A DNA stretch of 64,000 nucleotides, from the NCBI RefSeq assembly GCF_009834535.1, contig NC_045696.1, positions 111,974,001-112,038,000 of the forward strand. The letters are read 5' to 3'. The notes under the pieces are model-generated. The model was not told the origin of the DNA, searched no databases, and saw nothing but the letters and a program-made list of their open reading frames with translations. Positions 25,047 through 39,370 of the stretch are shown here, one piece after another (position 1 is the stretch's first letter; each line of letters starts with the position of its first letter). Position numbers and translations under genes: made by a program. Origin of the DNA: Camelus ferus. Its lineage: Eukaryota.

Positions 25047-27047
25047 GGAGAGCAAGGCCACTCTTTCCAAAATACTTCATCACATTCCCTGGGAGGAATT
25101 CCCTCATCCTGTGGCTCAGTGCCTGGGCAACTTGCCACCAAGAATGAAGGTAAATTCTCACTTTAGAGACAGTTATAGGAAGTCTCTTCGGGCTCCAGCC
25201 ACTTGGACAGTGTTCTTAATTATCTGAGAGGTGGATCTTTAGCTCTTCTTCCTGGATCTTAGCCTGAGAGCATCTATTAAACAAATCAGTTGCTCAAGTA
25301 TATACATAATATACAGCAGATTGCAAGGATACATTGCTCTTAGGAGACAAAGTGCTACAAAAATAAAATAAATTGTCACCAGAGAAACAACCAAAAGCCT
25401 CTAAGTACTCTTTCCTCTTTTGCTTTGAGGAAACAGTATCATAAATAGAAGACATTTCTTTTAAAATAAAAAATACTATTTGTTTTTTAACAGCTCCTCT
25501 CTCATTACCCACCCCCGCCCCCCGCCTCTGCTGTTAATAACATCTGATCTTACGTTTAAGCAGGAAGAAAATGTAGCCACATGATTTAAAGAGCGTGTGT
25601 TTATGACTTGCCATGTTTAAGCACTGCTGAATAAATGTATATTGAAAACATATTTCAAGTGAGAAGCCATAATAAGGGGTCTGGAGATATTCAATATTAC
25701 TCTACTAATTCATAGCATACCATAATTATGGAATATGTAGACTTGCTAGATGTAAATTATAATCCATGACTCGGTGAGAGCCCTTTGCAGCTCTGCCCCC
25801 GCACAACATTACACTCTTCAGGCAAATTGACACAAAATAGAATAAATTATGTCAAAAGCTATATAGAACCATTATTTCAGCCTTAACCATTTCATTAAAA
25901 CTAAACAGCTCAACATCTCCCCTCCCCACTCCCACCTCCCAGCCTGCGTTGAAATGAATCTAAGTCCCAAAGATGCTGAACAATGTAGACTTTCACATTT
26001 TTCTGGGTAGGAAGATAATTTTTACCAACACAACTAAATCCAGATTTTGCTCTTGGCCCTTCAGCAAGACCCTGAGGGAAATTAAATGAGCTCTTCTCTG
26101 CTCTCTCAAGTTCCTATGTGGCAGAAAAAATTTCTGATACATAATTTTTATAATTCGTAGGTCAAGAAAGTGGTTTTGGTTTTTTTCTTTTAGTGTCTCT
26201 ATCTTTTCTCTTTCTCCTAGAAAATCTATGAGAATAGAAAACAGAAAACTGAGGGGCTCTGGTTGAAGAGAGAATGGATTGGGGACTTTCCTACAAGGAG
26301 TCTTGGGGCTTCTCTGTAGAAGCCTTCAGGAAACATGTTGGAAAGTTCCTGAACTATCATTTTTCTCAGGTTAAGGTCCAACTGTTCACGTGGACAATGG
26401 TGCCATGACATCCTGACCCCTGCCTGCCCCTCCTGGCTCTCAGCCCTGGTCCCTGGGCTAACCGTCCACCATGCTGCCTCTAAAGGACCCTGTTTAGTTA
26501 CTCAGTGCCATGATTTCACTACATTCAGATTTTCAAATTCCAATGCAAGTTGTAACACACAATGGTTGGTGCCCCCACATATGTACCTGTATCCCTGTGG
26601 CCTTGACTTTTTTAGTGTATTCTAGCTCGACCTCCAGCTGCTAATACTTGCCTCTCTCTGACAGTTTTCTCCAGCCCTGGAGTGCACGTGGACACAGGTA
26701 CTGGGAATTCAGTTTCCCCAAGGGCAGCCCTCAAACAAAAACTAACCCCTGTTGGGGTTGGTACTGAGATTCACATCCCCACGGGTTTCACAGGCACACA
26801 GGACGACTACCTTGATAACACACTCTTTACTGCTGTTTTTCTCTTTGTCTCCCTCCACTTCCCACCAATTTTCCAGGGATTATCTAAAAAGAGCAAAAAA
26901 CTATATGCACGCAGAGCCTCACGTAAGGGTCTGCTTTGGGAGTGCACAATCTGAGACAGAGGTCCGGTGAGAATTCAAAACCAGGAGGATGTATTTGCTG
27001 TTACTCTCTTAAACTTCAGCGGAGAGTTTCATTAATTCCTTACCATA

Positions 27048-27467
27048 TGTGGTGGGAAGACTACTGCTACCTCACCTCCCACAGATGTCTACATGCTGAT
27101 AAGCCCCAGACTCTGTGAATATGTTCGGTTATGTGCCCCCGGGGGATTACGGTTGCTCATCCACTAACCTTCAAGCACAGAGACCGTCCTGGATTACCAG
27201 GTGGACCAGTGTCATCACCAGGGTCCCTGACATGAGGAAGATGGGGCAGAAGAGCTCGAAGCAGAGGATAATGTGAGAGACACGACTGGCCACTGCTGGC
27301 TTTGAAGTCGGAAAGGGACCACAAGTCAAGGAATGCAGGCAGCCCTGAGGAGCTGGAAGAGACAAGGCAATGCATTCTCTCCGAGAGCTTCCAGAAGGAA
27401 TGCGGCCCTGCCAGCACCTTGACTGTAGCCCAGCGAGACCCATTTCAGGCGTCAGGCCTCCAGAACA
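27048..27467 (+). mobile_element. MaLR LTR (MLT1D-like)
   Basis: tgtggtggg..ctgtgaatatgtt..cctggattaccaggtgg..ctgctggctttgaag..ttccagaaggaatgcggccctgccagcaccttga. Confidence 0.85.
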
Positions 27468-27870
27468 TTTTCTGAGGGAACTTCACGCCCAGCCCATTTC
27501 TTCCCATTACTTTTCCTCCTACAGGATCCAAGTGGATGCCCGTGTCACAACAAAACTGCACACATTTGCTCAACTCCTATTAGGTACCAGACCGAGCTGG
27601 AACTGCGGGGTTTGATGGGGCAGACCACACTTGGGCAACTTTCCGCCCAGGGGGAGACAGGGCAGCCCACAGATGACTACAATTCAGCAAGGCCAGCACC
27701 ATGACAGGAATAGGAGAGGCAGCGTGGTGGACGGTTAGCCCAGGGACCAGGGCTGAGAGCCAGGAGAGGCAGGGCAGTCAGGACGTGATGGCACCACTGT
27801 CCACGTGAACAGCCGGACCCTGACCCGAGGAAAATGACAAAGCACTGAGGAGGTTTAAAAATTACTTTTT

Positions 27871-28148
27871 AACAAAACAGACTCACAGACGTAGAAAACA
27901 AATGTATGGTTACCAAAGGGGAAAGGGGGTGGGGGAGGGATAAATTAGGCGTATGGAACTAACAGATAGACACTACTATATATAAACTGGATAATCAACA
28001 AGGAATTACTGCATAGCACAGGGAACTCACTCAATATCCTGTAATAAACCATAATGGAAAAGAACATGAAAAAAGAATATATATGTATAACTGAATCTCT
28101 GCTATACAACAGAAACTAACACAACATTGTACATCAACTATACTTCGA
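27871..28148 (+). mobile_element. Short L1 3'UTR insertion
   Basis: Aligns with the L1 3'UTR at ~16955-17237. TSD ttaaaaatt(a/g)cttttt at 27855-27870 and 28149-28164. Confidence 0.9.
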
Positions 28149-28269
28149 TTAAAAATTGCTTTTTTGAGTAGACTGAATAGCTAAAAAGGAAAATAAATTA
28201 CATGTAAGGTATGAAGAAATCACAATATAATAAACACACCTGGGTGTCTACCAGATGCTTTTCTTTAAC

Positions 28270-29015
28270 AAGTGTTTTTTCAACTGAGCTACATTTTACA
28301 CACTACAAAATTCACTCTTTTGGCTACGTAGTTCTATAAGTTTTGACAAATGTGTAGTCATGTAACCACCATGAAGGTCAAGACACAGAATAGTTCCACC
28401 ACCCCTGAAATTCCCATCACGCACTTTAAAGTCCAAGGACAACCTGTCCTTCTGTGAGTCTCCTGGGTGCCCTCCCCCGTTCCCTCCCATCTCCTCATTC
28501 TTCAGAAATAGCCCTGCTCTAAGTTTTGTGTTTATCATTTCCATGGTTTCCTTTTCAATTTTACCACATTTCCATCCATGAAGAAAAGGTTGTTCGGTCT
28601 TGCATGTTTTGAAATTTATATAAATGAAAACATTCATATTTTCAGTGACTTATCCTGCCTGTTAGGATGAAACCTGAGATCCAGCCTTGTCCTCAACTAG
28701 ACAGTTTCACTGTTGTAGAGTATGTCACTGTTTGAATTTATCTATGCCTTCGACTGCTGTTGAAATTTGAGTCGCTTCCAGCATTTTGCTATTTTGAATA
28801 GTGTTGCTAAGAATATTCTTGGGCACATTTTTGCAGTAGAAAAAAAAATATACACACACACTGGGTACTTATATACACAGAGAGAGAGAGAGCCGTTGCT
28901 GGGCCACAGGTGTCACATCTGCCACTTTAGCAAATGACGCTAACTTCATTTCTGTTGCAACCATTCACCCTCTAACCAGCTGTGAATAATATTCCAATTA
29001 TTCCTCAGCTTATCG
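28270..29015 (-). mobile_element. Ancient L1M 3' fragment
   Basis: ttttgacaaatgtgtagtcatgtaaccacca..ttgctattttgaatagtgttgct..gaatattctt. Confidence 0.65.
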
Positions 29016-29077
29016 TCCTGTTGAACAATTTTCAGCAGGAGAGTTATGATTCGCTTTTTTTTTCTTAGAAAGACCAC

Positions 29078-29593
29078 TGTGAATGAGAAATGTGAGAAAT
29101 ATTGCCAGCCGTATCAGTAAACAAAGGATGCTGTGACCACCAAGTCATCAGCCGCTACCACCAACCCCGACAGCGAGGGGGGGGAACTCAGGATCCAGCC
29201 AAGCAGGCAGCCCGGCCTCTGCAGCGCCCCCAGTGGTGCCCCCCAGGGAATGCAGGATGGGAAAGAAGAGGACACTGGCCCTAGACAGCTAGGTGCACAT
29301 CAAAGGAATGATTTCAGTGAGCCCAGATGTTAGCTCCTTCCCATACACAGAAAAGTGCTAAATTCCTTAACTTGAGATGTCTGGTTTCCTTTAATTAACA
29401 GTCATCTTTGGATGTTCCGACTACCTGGTCTTTGTTGTGAAAACTCCCTTATCCTGGCTTCCATCTTGCCACTTCAGAGCAGTCCCTCAGAGAGATCTGA
29501 GAAGCTGCCATCCCAGGCTTAAGTCCTCAGAAATGTCTGCCGAATAAAACATAACTCTCAACTTTTAGGTTGTGCATTTTATTTCAGTCGACA
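29078..29593 (+). mobile_element. Solo ERV LTR (ERV1-like), 516 bp
   Basis: TG...CA termini (tgtgaatg.. / ..agtcgaca), AATAAA at ~29543, and a 4-bp flank ccac/cctc consistent with a decayed TSD. Confidence 0.8.
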
Positions 29594-31899
29594 CCTCCAT
29601 GACCAAGAGAAAATATGAGAGCGTGGCCTGAATGACGAACGTGGACAGATCACATCAGATTTGAAGAAGGGTTCTTAATGGGGTGGGTCTTTATGTTTCC
29701 AATTTGGAAGAAAGTCTGCTTTTTAAGATTTGCAGGCTCCATTTTGGAAGGTTTTGGAAGGGGACACGCTAGGCTATTCTACGTGACAGGACCCCTGCCT
29801 CCCTGGGGGGTGGGGATATGAAGGCCCCTGAGGTGGGGGGAGCTCACAGGAGGAGGAAAGGGTCTGATGGCCTGAGGCGGCCAAGGCAGAATCACAGGGC
29901 AGAAAGTGAGCCGTCCCCTCCCTCACCTCTCCAGACTTGAAAGGAGGGGAGCACCTGGGTGTGAGTTGCCTCAGCTCAACACCCAGGGGGCTGGTTCCCA
30001 ACACAGCATGTGGCTGATGCAGGAATTCCTCCTGACCACCCCCTCCCACCCTAAACCCCGGTTTAGGCCTCTGGCCAAGGCCTGCGGTGGGGGTGGGAGG
30101 GGGCTGGCTTTCAGGGGCACACCTAGGACCCCCTCCTTCCCGCCTGCCCTGCAGTCCAGCCCCACCAGGCTGACCCTGGAACCTGGGCGCGCCTCCCCGG
30201 GATGTTAATGGCCCATTTCAAAGCAGTCTGACAAGCTTCCCTGAGCTCCATGTTGGCCAGGCTCTCCAGGACCTCCACGGTTGGCTTCAAGTCTGTCTCT
30301 CTCCCTTCCTTAACATCCACCAGCCCCGTTACTTCCCTTTCTCCTGGTGCCAGCTCCCCAGACATTACCAATTAGTCAAACATCAGGGTCTGGCATGCGC
30401 GTTCCCGAGGCTTCTGGCTCAGCCGCGGGGCACCTCACCCTCAGGCCCCCGCCCAGCGGTGGGAGGGGCCTTGGCGCTGCAGTCTTGGAATAGGGCAGCT
30501 GAGGTCAGGAAACACGGAGCCGGCAATCTGGAAGAAAGGGCTTCTCTTTTGAGGTTTACAGAGTGAACTGTTTGTTTTTTCTCTCAGGTTCTGCGGAGGC
30601 AGAGCTAATTACCTACAGTTAATTTTCACTCACTCAAGGAGCAATCATCACATTTTGGTTTGCTAGAGGAATACCAAGAACATCTCGTTACCCTCAAAAA
30701 GGGCCCCCCTTGCCTTGAGGCATAAGGGTATAATAGTTGCCCTTTGTGCCACTTACCCCGGGCTTGGAAGGTTCTGGACTAAATGCTTCCTGTACGAGCT
30801 AACCCTCTCACAAACACACTCCTGAGGTCGGCGCGGGCCCATTTCGTACTTAAGGAGACTCCAGTTCACAGACAGCTTGGAGCTGGAATTGGGCCCACAG
30901 CTGACCAACTTCAAAGCCCAGCTTTCTTGACCTCCATCCTAAAGGGAATTGGTTTACTTGAAACATACAATGACCTTTCACGACTGTTTTCAGTGCTTCT
31001 CAATCAAACTCTTCCCAGCAGGTCTCCCTGGGAGGGAATCAAGTCACAGACAAGGGCCCACCACTGGGCTGACGTGGGCAGGTGCCTCCCAGGGGATCTC
31101 CAGAGCCTTCGTTTCACTGAGGAATGATGCTCGAATAGTCAGTGTTTACTGCTGAGGTGCAGAACTGTGGCCACTCCATTACCACAGAGACCTGGAATTC
31201 GGAGGGTTGGCAAATTAGCACATTGGATGTTCTCAAACGCACACCTGCATCTGGGAGGAGATGATTCTCGCTACTGACCCACTGTCGACCTCAAGCAAGT
31301 GACTGGCCTTCTCCAAGCTTGGGTTCCAGATCTTCTGTACAAGGAGCTGGGTGGTGGCACCCTCACAGGGCAGTCCTAGGGATTGACTGAAGTAGCCTAC
31401 AAAAGCAGCTGGCACACTGCCTGGCCCAACGCAAGCCTCCACACCCTGCTCCCGGGTCATTGCACACACAGGAACACCACCAGTTGCCTGCTTAACCACA
31501 AATAGGGCTTTTTTGGTAAGATCACTAGTAAATGATGTAATTCCTCCAGCAGCAGAGCTCCATCACTGAAATCATGAGTGAGGAATCACAGGAAACTAGG
31601 GACCCACCTGAGGAAGGTGAACACTTCTAGGAACCAGCTTAGATATCACCCTATTAAAGACTGAGGCTGGTCTGCCAGAATTGTATTGAAGGCCAGAGAA
31701 CTAATGGCCATCCATCCCTCTGCACCCCCATCCATCCTGCCGCCTACCCACTCACCTATCCATCCATCCATTCATCCATCGAGTTCATCCAGCATTCCTC
31801 TCGTGCCTTTTCTGTGCTTCATCATGTGGGTTCTGTATCCAATTTATTTATCAGAATCTATACACTTCTCTTTATTTTCATATTTTATTTTTCACTTTC

Positions 31900-32905
31900 C
31901 TTCATTTCCACTGCCACCATCTCATTCCAAGTCATCATCTCTTGTCTCTGCACTCATTCCCAGCTCCCTTCCCTACCCGCTTCCCACACAGCAGACTGAA
32001 TGGTCAACATTTTAAAATGGGAAATGTGAGCGTGTTGCTCACTGCTCATCACGTATCAGTGGGGCCACAGGACACTGAGAATAAAATCGAACTCCTTTGG
32101 GTGGGCTACAAGAGCCTGCCAGTCTGGCCTCTGGCTTCCTTTCCCATGGCATGTTGGACCACTCCCCACCTTGCTCACTATGCCTAGCCCCAAGGGTCAT
32201 CTGGGTTCCTGGAAGACAGACTTACTCCAGCCTGGAGACCTTGTCCCATGCTGTTCCCCCCATATGCAAGGTCAGCCCCTTCCCAGGCTTCACACCTCCT
32301 CACTGGGGTCTCTGCTCGTCAGCCAATGCTAAGTCCCTCTCCTACTTATTTTCTATCATAGCTTGATTTCCAAACAGATATGTATATTTTGCTCCCTAGC
32401 TTAACGCCTACCTGACCTGCAGACTGAAAGTTCTAAGAGTGTGGACCACAAGTGTGTCTGTTTCCTTAACCTCTCAACTCAGCATAGAGCGCAGCTTTGA
32501 ACCTGCTGCTCCTCTGCCCGGAACACTCCTGCCCTCTCTACCTGGCTAACTCCCTCACTTCCTCTACATCCCTGCCCAGATGTCCTCTTGCCAGACAGAC
32601 GTCCCCTGACCGTCCTTTATCCAAGAGCCCACACCAGCCCCATAACACTCTGCTTCATGTAAGAAAACTTTACATGTCCAGTGCTCAGTAGCCATATGTA
32701 TTATACGGCACAGTGCTAACCAGCCAGGACCACCCGGCACATTACGTCAACTCGTTAATTACTTACTTCTGTCACCCTCCTCCCACCCCAGACAGAGCTC
32801 CATGACGTCAGGGACTGTCCTCCCTGTGGACTCTTGGCGCCTGAAACAGCATCTGGCAAATACGAACGCACACAGTAAATATTTTTTGTTGAAAGACTGC
32901 ACGGT
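31900..32905 (+). mobile_element. LINE-2 fragments
   Basis: ttccactgccaccatc..gaataaaatcgaactcc..cacacagtaaatatttttgttgaa. Confidence 0.6.
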
Positions 32906-35900
32906 AAATAGGAAATACATGAATAATGGATTGAACCCATGAAGACATAAAGCAGAAACTGTACTAACTGAAGGTCTGTGAAGATGGTGCAGGTAAAATT
33001 TCTGACCTCGGGGAGCTTGCTACTGAGGACAAGGGACAGAGGCAATTTGGTGTCACTTAGCCCTCCAGTCTGCACACCCTCTCCAGCCTTCCACACCAGT
33101 GCTCTGCCCCTTCTGTTCTCTGCCTCTCACCTCGAAAAGAAACCAGCCTTTGATTTTGTTTACCTTGTTTTTGCCTTCAAGTGAATATTGGGCATTTTGT
33201 TCCAAGATGAGTAAGATGACCCAGCACCCCAAGATCTTTATTTTCACCACAGAAAGACCTTTGAGTGTCCCCCCCGCCTTTTCTCATCCATTTAACACCA
33301 CAAGTATGTGTGTAAAATTCTGAAGAGCTTTGTCAGAACACTTTATGAAGCTGTGATATAAACTGAAAAATAAAAAACCTTCCACAATTAAAGTATACTT
33401 TCTGATTGTATTCCCAGAGCCATAAAAGCCCATCTTTTCAAAACGGAGAGAGAAACGCAGACAGAAAAGCCTTCTTTTGAAGGTGTTTGTTACATTTCTT
33501 GGGAGCCTCGGCTTTACTCCAACCAAGATGGAGGAGACGGTGGGAACAGCAGGGCTGCTGGTACATTTCAAATCTAACCCTAATTCCTAGTGGGAAAAGG
33601 TTCTGATTAAATTATCCTTTGATCTTCTTTTTCTGGCCAACACCTTGACTACAGAAATCTTAAAACCACTAATGCACTTTACCTTTTGTTCAGTCTGCTT
33701 TTTCAAGGAGCTAGTTTAAAATGTGCGTTTATGCTGGGTGCCGTGGTAACAGAAGTAGGTCACCCTGTTTAGCTACGCATCTCTCTGACTCCATCAGCAC
33801 TGTCAGGCGAGCACCCCAGCTCACACTCCTCAGGAAGCAGTGTCTGCATCTGCCGTGCAGTGTGTGGGGGGTAAAGGCAGGATTCCATTTAGCACTGACT
33901 GTGAGATGCTCCTTAGATATCGCAAAAGACTTCATTTTTTAAACACATTCCCTCTAGCTGCAGTGAGCAACCTCTTCTGTATTTTGAGGGCAGCAGAAAC
34001 CCCACAGAAAATTAAATGCGCGTCAGCCTTAGGCATTGCCCATAGGATATAATGCTAGAGCTGTTTAAGAGGCAGTTTTCAAATTGTACTTTATATGGGA
34101 ATGGGAATGAGTTCTTCCCCTCTGCTTCTATTGCTAAAAATGGCTCGTCTTAAAAAATCATGCAATGGTACTTACAGGCCCTGTGCAAGAGAAAGAGTTT
34201 GTAAAAGTCACTGCAGAAGTTTTCATGGTTATTCTTTCCTCCTTTTAATTCTGAAGGTGTGAGTGAGGGCTGATGCTACATTCAATTACGGAAGTCACAG
34301 GTAAGCCATTTTTCTCATCATTTTGAAAAAGCACCTGCCAAACATTTGTGAGAGAACTGCATGAAGTCCTTGGGGCAAGACATGGCCCCTGACTTCTAGA
34401 TGCTCCTAATTTGTAGTTTGTTCAGCTCAGCTGGTGAAAATGCTCTCCCAAGAGCAGGATGCTGCAGTGATAAAGGATCTCCCCTCAGAATCAGTGCACC
34501 CAGCTTCTATTTACAGCACAACCACTATTAGCCATTGACCCTGGACAAGTCATTTCAGTTCTACAAATCTTATCTCCCCGAGTCTTTAAATAGGAGCTTT
34601 CAGTGTCTCCCTTACTTGTTTCATGGGAAACCTGCCAAGATCCAACCACCTGAAGGTGATTGCTCACGTTATAAAAGGATCATTCCCTTTACAAAAAACT
34701 TAACCCCACATCTCCTTTAAACAGTGATTGCTCCACCCTGTATCTGAGAAAAAAGTCTTCCTATTTATAAGGACTTGATTTGTCGTGCAAGAGAGCAGAA
34801 ATCAAGAAATCAAGTAGAAACAAGGGCAGAGAACCATCCCCTTATACAGACATCCCTCAACTTCTCACATGTAAAGAGATCACGCTTCTGTTATGTCTGC
34901 AGAACCTACTGGAAACCTGTGATATTCTCAGTACCCTCATGGACATGTTTATTGTGATACCACTGTGTGATAAGCGCTGGGTTTTTGAGCAAAGTTGTCA
35001 GCAATTGAAACATTTCCTTGTCTTAAATATGTGCTCCAGTGACAGAGAGAACTTTCTAGACACCACCATAAAAATGTAGAACATTTAAACTGGATTCTGA
35101 CCGCACGTTCTTTTGTTCCTTATCCAGCTTACTGGGGCCATGCTCTCGATGGGAACTTGGAGACCAACCAGCTTGGGTCTCCTGCTCTATGGGCAGATGG
35201 CTGAGCCAAGAATCTAGGGCCATAACCCATAGTACCCAACACATCTCAGAGTCCCCTACAGGCCTGGGTGATGGGGGCAGGACAGGAGCACCTCAGGAAT
35301 GAAAATGCCGGGGGCGGGAGCTCTGAGAGGACCTCAGACCTCTCACTTCCCCGGGGCTGAGTTTCCAGAATGGAATTTTGTGTCGAGGCTGATTCTGGGA
35401 CAGACATTCCTGGTGGTATCCATCTTTGCTCCTTCCTCAAAGTGCCCACAAACCTTCTTTCTTCTTTCCTTCCTCTGCCAAATGTGCTTGCAAAATAGAA
35501 GCCAACACTTATTTCCTCTAAAGTTATCAAAAATGATTTAATCTGCCACCTTTCTCTGGGGAACTCCTATATCCATGGGATTATAAAGAAAACCTTACTG
35601 CTAAGTGAAGAACCCTTCAAATTTAAGGATGGGAAGTCAGTGATGAGTGGGCTTTGCTTGGGACTTGGGGTACGGGGATGGGTGTGAATGTCAAGTCCAC
35701 CCTGTGCGCAGGGAGGGCTTGTTCACGCCCATTCTCTTAGCTTCTCCCCTCCCACCTGCCGTCTAGGGATGGCCCAGCGACAGAAAAAGTAGAGACCTTG
35801 GATTTCTAATTCTACATGTTCCCGCCAGATCCCTAGAGACTGAGGCGTGCCTAATTACAACTTAACTTCTCTTATCTCCCGCGCCACGCGGACGGCTTCT

Positions 35901-37534
35901 CCTCTTGCCCACGTGAAGTATTCTGCACGATCTGTTTTCTTGGACAAGGTCATTAACCTCCTTGTGTTGAGGTATTTCATCTCTAAAATGATGCTGCTCT
36001 CTCATAGCACGCCACGGCAGCAATGTTCAGAGCTCCCCACACCAAAAGGTGACAAATGAAGAAAGAGCCCAGAGAAGAGTCACTCTGGGCACATCATCAT
36101 GTTCCAAAACCACTTCAACAACTCTTTGTCTACTTTATTAGGAGCAGAGCACAGTACGGATTAGGTTTCACTGTAGTTGTGTCCTGGAAGCAAATATGAT
36201 TTTCACTGAGGAGGTCTTACCAACTCTAATTAAAGGGAAACTACAGTCTGTTGTCTCAGATTGTGCGATGTCTGGAAGGATCCTACTGATGGCTGCCTCA
36301 GTGCCCGTGTTGGACAGATACCTAACACCCAGAGAGGGTAAGTGACTTGCGCACAGCCAGCCACCTGGCCAGGGGGCATGGCCAGCCCCCAGGTCTCACC
36401 TCTGGGATTGTGGGTGAACTGCTTTCTCACAGATGCTACGACATTAGACTACAGAGGGCATATTCATGCTTATCGTGTGGACCTCTTCTCCACTTATTAA
36501 TGAATTTCAGTCCAGCAGAAGCAAAGCCCATGTGGATCTTGTTTCTTGTTTTTCTTTTCCAGACATTCTAGAAACTGTCAGAGGCAGCAAGACTAACTTA
36601 GAAGAAGCTGTCAGCTCCCTGCAGCAGCAACGTGCACGTTGTTCCGCCCTTGAGGCAGGAAGCTCCGTGATGAGTGTGGCTATGAGGTGGTGTTTGTGCA
36701 CCCCCGGTTTCGCATAATTAGATTCCAGGAGGAAACGCTAAGAAAGATGGGAGTATCTTTTCAGATGAGCAAAGTTGGAAAGCTAAGTAGGTCGGGAGGT
36801 CCTACTGGGACAAGCATATGCCCAGAGTACATTTCTCCGCTGGAGATGGGCTCAGCACTGTGAGATGGGAAGTCTTGGGTGATGTGCATTTCAGGAGAAA
36901 AGTCATGCCCTGGCTTCCATCTGATTCAGGGAGTCCCAGACAAAAGGTCTTCTGCAGCCTTGGGCCAATACAATTAACCACAACTGTATCTTCAGTTTCT
37001 CAAGCATTTTGATTTGTCAAAACACATTCACAGTTTTTTTGTACCCCCGATATTGTGTTCTCACAAACTCCCTTAGATGTGGAAGTGGTAGAAATGTATG
37101 TCTTCACATTACAAGATACAGAAGGGAGACAGTCATGTTCTTCTGACTTGGGTTCATCTTTAAAACGGTCCAGGACACCATGCTAGTTTACTTACGTATA
37201 TTTGTTTTAAGTTCCTCTTTGGAAGTTTACAAAAGGTAAAGGGTAGTAAGTTTGTCATGAGCTGATGTAAATGGCAAAGCACTCCACTATTTATAATGTA
37301 TGTGGTTTAATATAACGTGTGACCTTTTAGACAAAGAGAAGTAATCCTGGGATGCTACCTGTCCCAACATTGGCGCCACTGCTTCCAACAATTTCCTCTC
37401 TCTTCTTCCAGAACTGCTTTCAGAGCCAAGTTCTAGACAGGAAAGTCAAGCACAGTCGCTACTTGTATCTAAAAAAGTCATCAGTTGGATGTTAAAGTTC
37501 TCATCTGCATGTCTTTAAAGAAGTTACGTGGCTT

Positions 37535-37595
37535 GTGCTGTACACCAGAAATTGACACATTGTAATTGACTGTACATCAATAAAAAATAATAATA
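37535..37595 (+). mobile_element. Ultra-short (61 bp) L1 3'-terminal insertion
   Basis: gtgctgtacaccagaaattgacacattgtaattgactgtacatcaataaaaaataataata. TSD aagttac(g/a)tggctt at 37521-37534 and 37596-37609. Confidence 0.88.
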
Positions 37596-37918
37596 AAGTT
37601 ACATGGCTTCACAGTTAGCTGCATTTCTACCCAGAACAAAATCCTTTTATTTTTCCTGCACCTGACATGAAAGGAACTTGGGGTGCTGCTGAAAGAGGAT
37701 TTGTTAATGAATTTTCAGTCCGAAGTTGAAATGATATGTGGTCCCTATTGAATTACCAAGACATGATTGTAAAGCACATAACCACTGAGTCGCTTATATG
37801 AACTGGATAGAAATGAAGGTGCAGTTACAAACTGCACATATGTTTGGCATGGAACTAAACTCTCACAATCAATGTTTGAATTAAAGTAGAAAATGTAAGG
37901 AGAGTGAATGGATTATGG

Positions 37919-38153
37919 CAGGGTTGGCAAACTCCTTCTGTAAAGGGCCAGAGAGTGAATGTTTCAGGCTTTGTGGGCGGTATGGCCTTCATTGCAACGA
38001 CTCAACCCTGCTGTTGCAGCGGGGGAGCAGCCACAGGTGATACGTAAGTGAATGGATGTGGCGATGCTCCAGTAGAATTTTACTGGTTAAAAAAAAAAAA
38101 AAAAAAAGGCAGCAGACCAGACTGACTCACGGGCTCAAGTTTGCTGACCCCTG
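37919..38153. mobile_element. MER58A-like hAT MITE
   Basis: TIRs cagggttggcaaact / agtttgctgacccctg; 8-bp flanks gattatgg / ggttgtgg. Confidence 0.85.
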
Positions 38154-38629
38154 GGTTGTGGTCTACTAAACTGAGGTAAATATGGATGTTATCCTCAGAT
38201 ATCAAGATCCCTGCATGTATAAGAATGGATTTGTTTCTCCCTGGGGAAACAGACACGTGTAAAACTGTGTTAGCATCTATGTTCTCAACCATTTCTGTCT
38301 AAAGCATTGTCAGTATCCAGTGTGACATGGCTGAAAGTACTAGACGATAAGGAAAACAGAAGTTCTACTTCAATCAGTCAAGGAATTAACCTCTTCTTTT
38401 TTTAATAGCTTTTCTTCTTTTCTTTATCACACAACTAACAAATGTATACTGAGGTTAAATATTAAGATAAAAATACAGATAGGCTCAAACACAAATTAAC
38501 AATAATTTTAACATCTTGAGCTCTATCTTCTAAACTTTATATTTTCACAAATATGAGAGCAAAGTATGTGTTGTTTTGTTTTATATTTTCTAAGTTAACA
38601 ACAGATCAAGCTTTTGTGAAATTAAAAAG

Positions 38630-39370
38630 AAATGTAACATCATTAGTGATCAAGAAAATGCAAATGAAAACCACAATGAGAGATCACTTCATACCCAGTA
38701 GAATGTCTAAAATTAAAAAAAAAACCCAACAAATATTGAGGTTTGGCAAGGATAGGGAACAACTGGGAAACACACACACCACTGATGGAAATCAGTGAAA
38801 TCGTTGGTACAACCACTTTGGAAAACTGGCCAATTTTAATCAAACACATGTGTCCTTATGACCTACTAATTCTACTCCTGAGTATGTACCTAAGAGAACT
38901 AAGTGTCTATGTCCCCTACAAAACATGTACAAAACAAGGATGTTCACAGCAGTTTTAGCCCCAAACTGGAAGCAACCCAAATATCCATTTAGGTGAGAAC
39001 TGCCTCTTTGTCAAACGGAATACTACTCAGCAAAATAAGGAGCGAATATCCAACACCCACATGGAAAACTCCTGCAAACACAGCGCGTGAAAGGCACAAG
39101 ACATAAAGAGTGCAGACTGGGACTCCACACGTGTGAAGCTCAACAGGCAAAACTCATCTCTGGTGGCAGGTGTCAGAACAGCTACTTTAAGTATAACCAG
39201 TACCCAAATCAAGATACGGAAGCTTCCAACCCCAGAAGGTTCAAACAGTCCCCTTCTAACACCTTGACTTGGAAGGTGGTTAGAACGATGTATACATTTA
39301 TCAAAACGTATTAAATAGTACACTTAAGATCTGTGCCACTAAGATACGTAAATTATACCTCAATAAAGAG
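38630..39370 (+). mobile_element. Ancient L1M 3' fragment
   Basis: ORF2-like KKMQMKTTMRDHF; ends aattatacctcaataaag. Confidence 0.8.

Noticed and set aside
36360..36382. CTCF-like tggccagggggca
   Set aside because: The 5' part of the core mismatches the consensus and there is no upstream motif.
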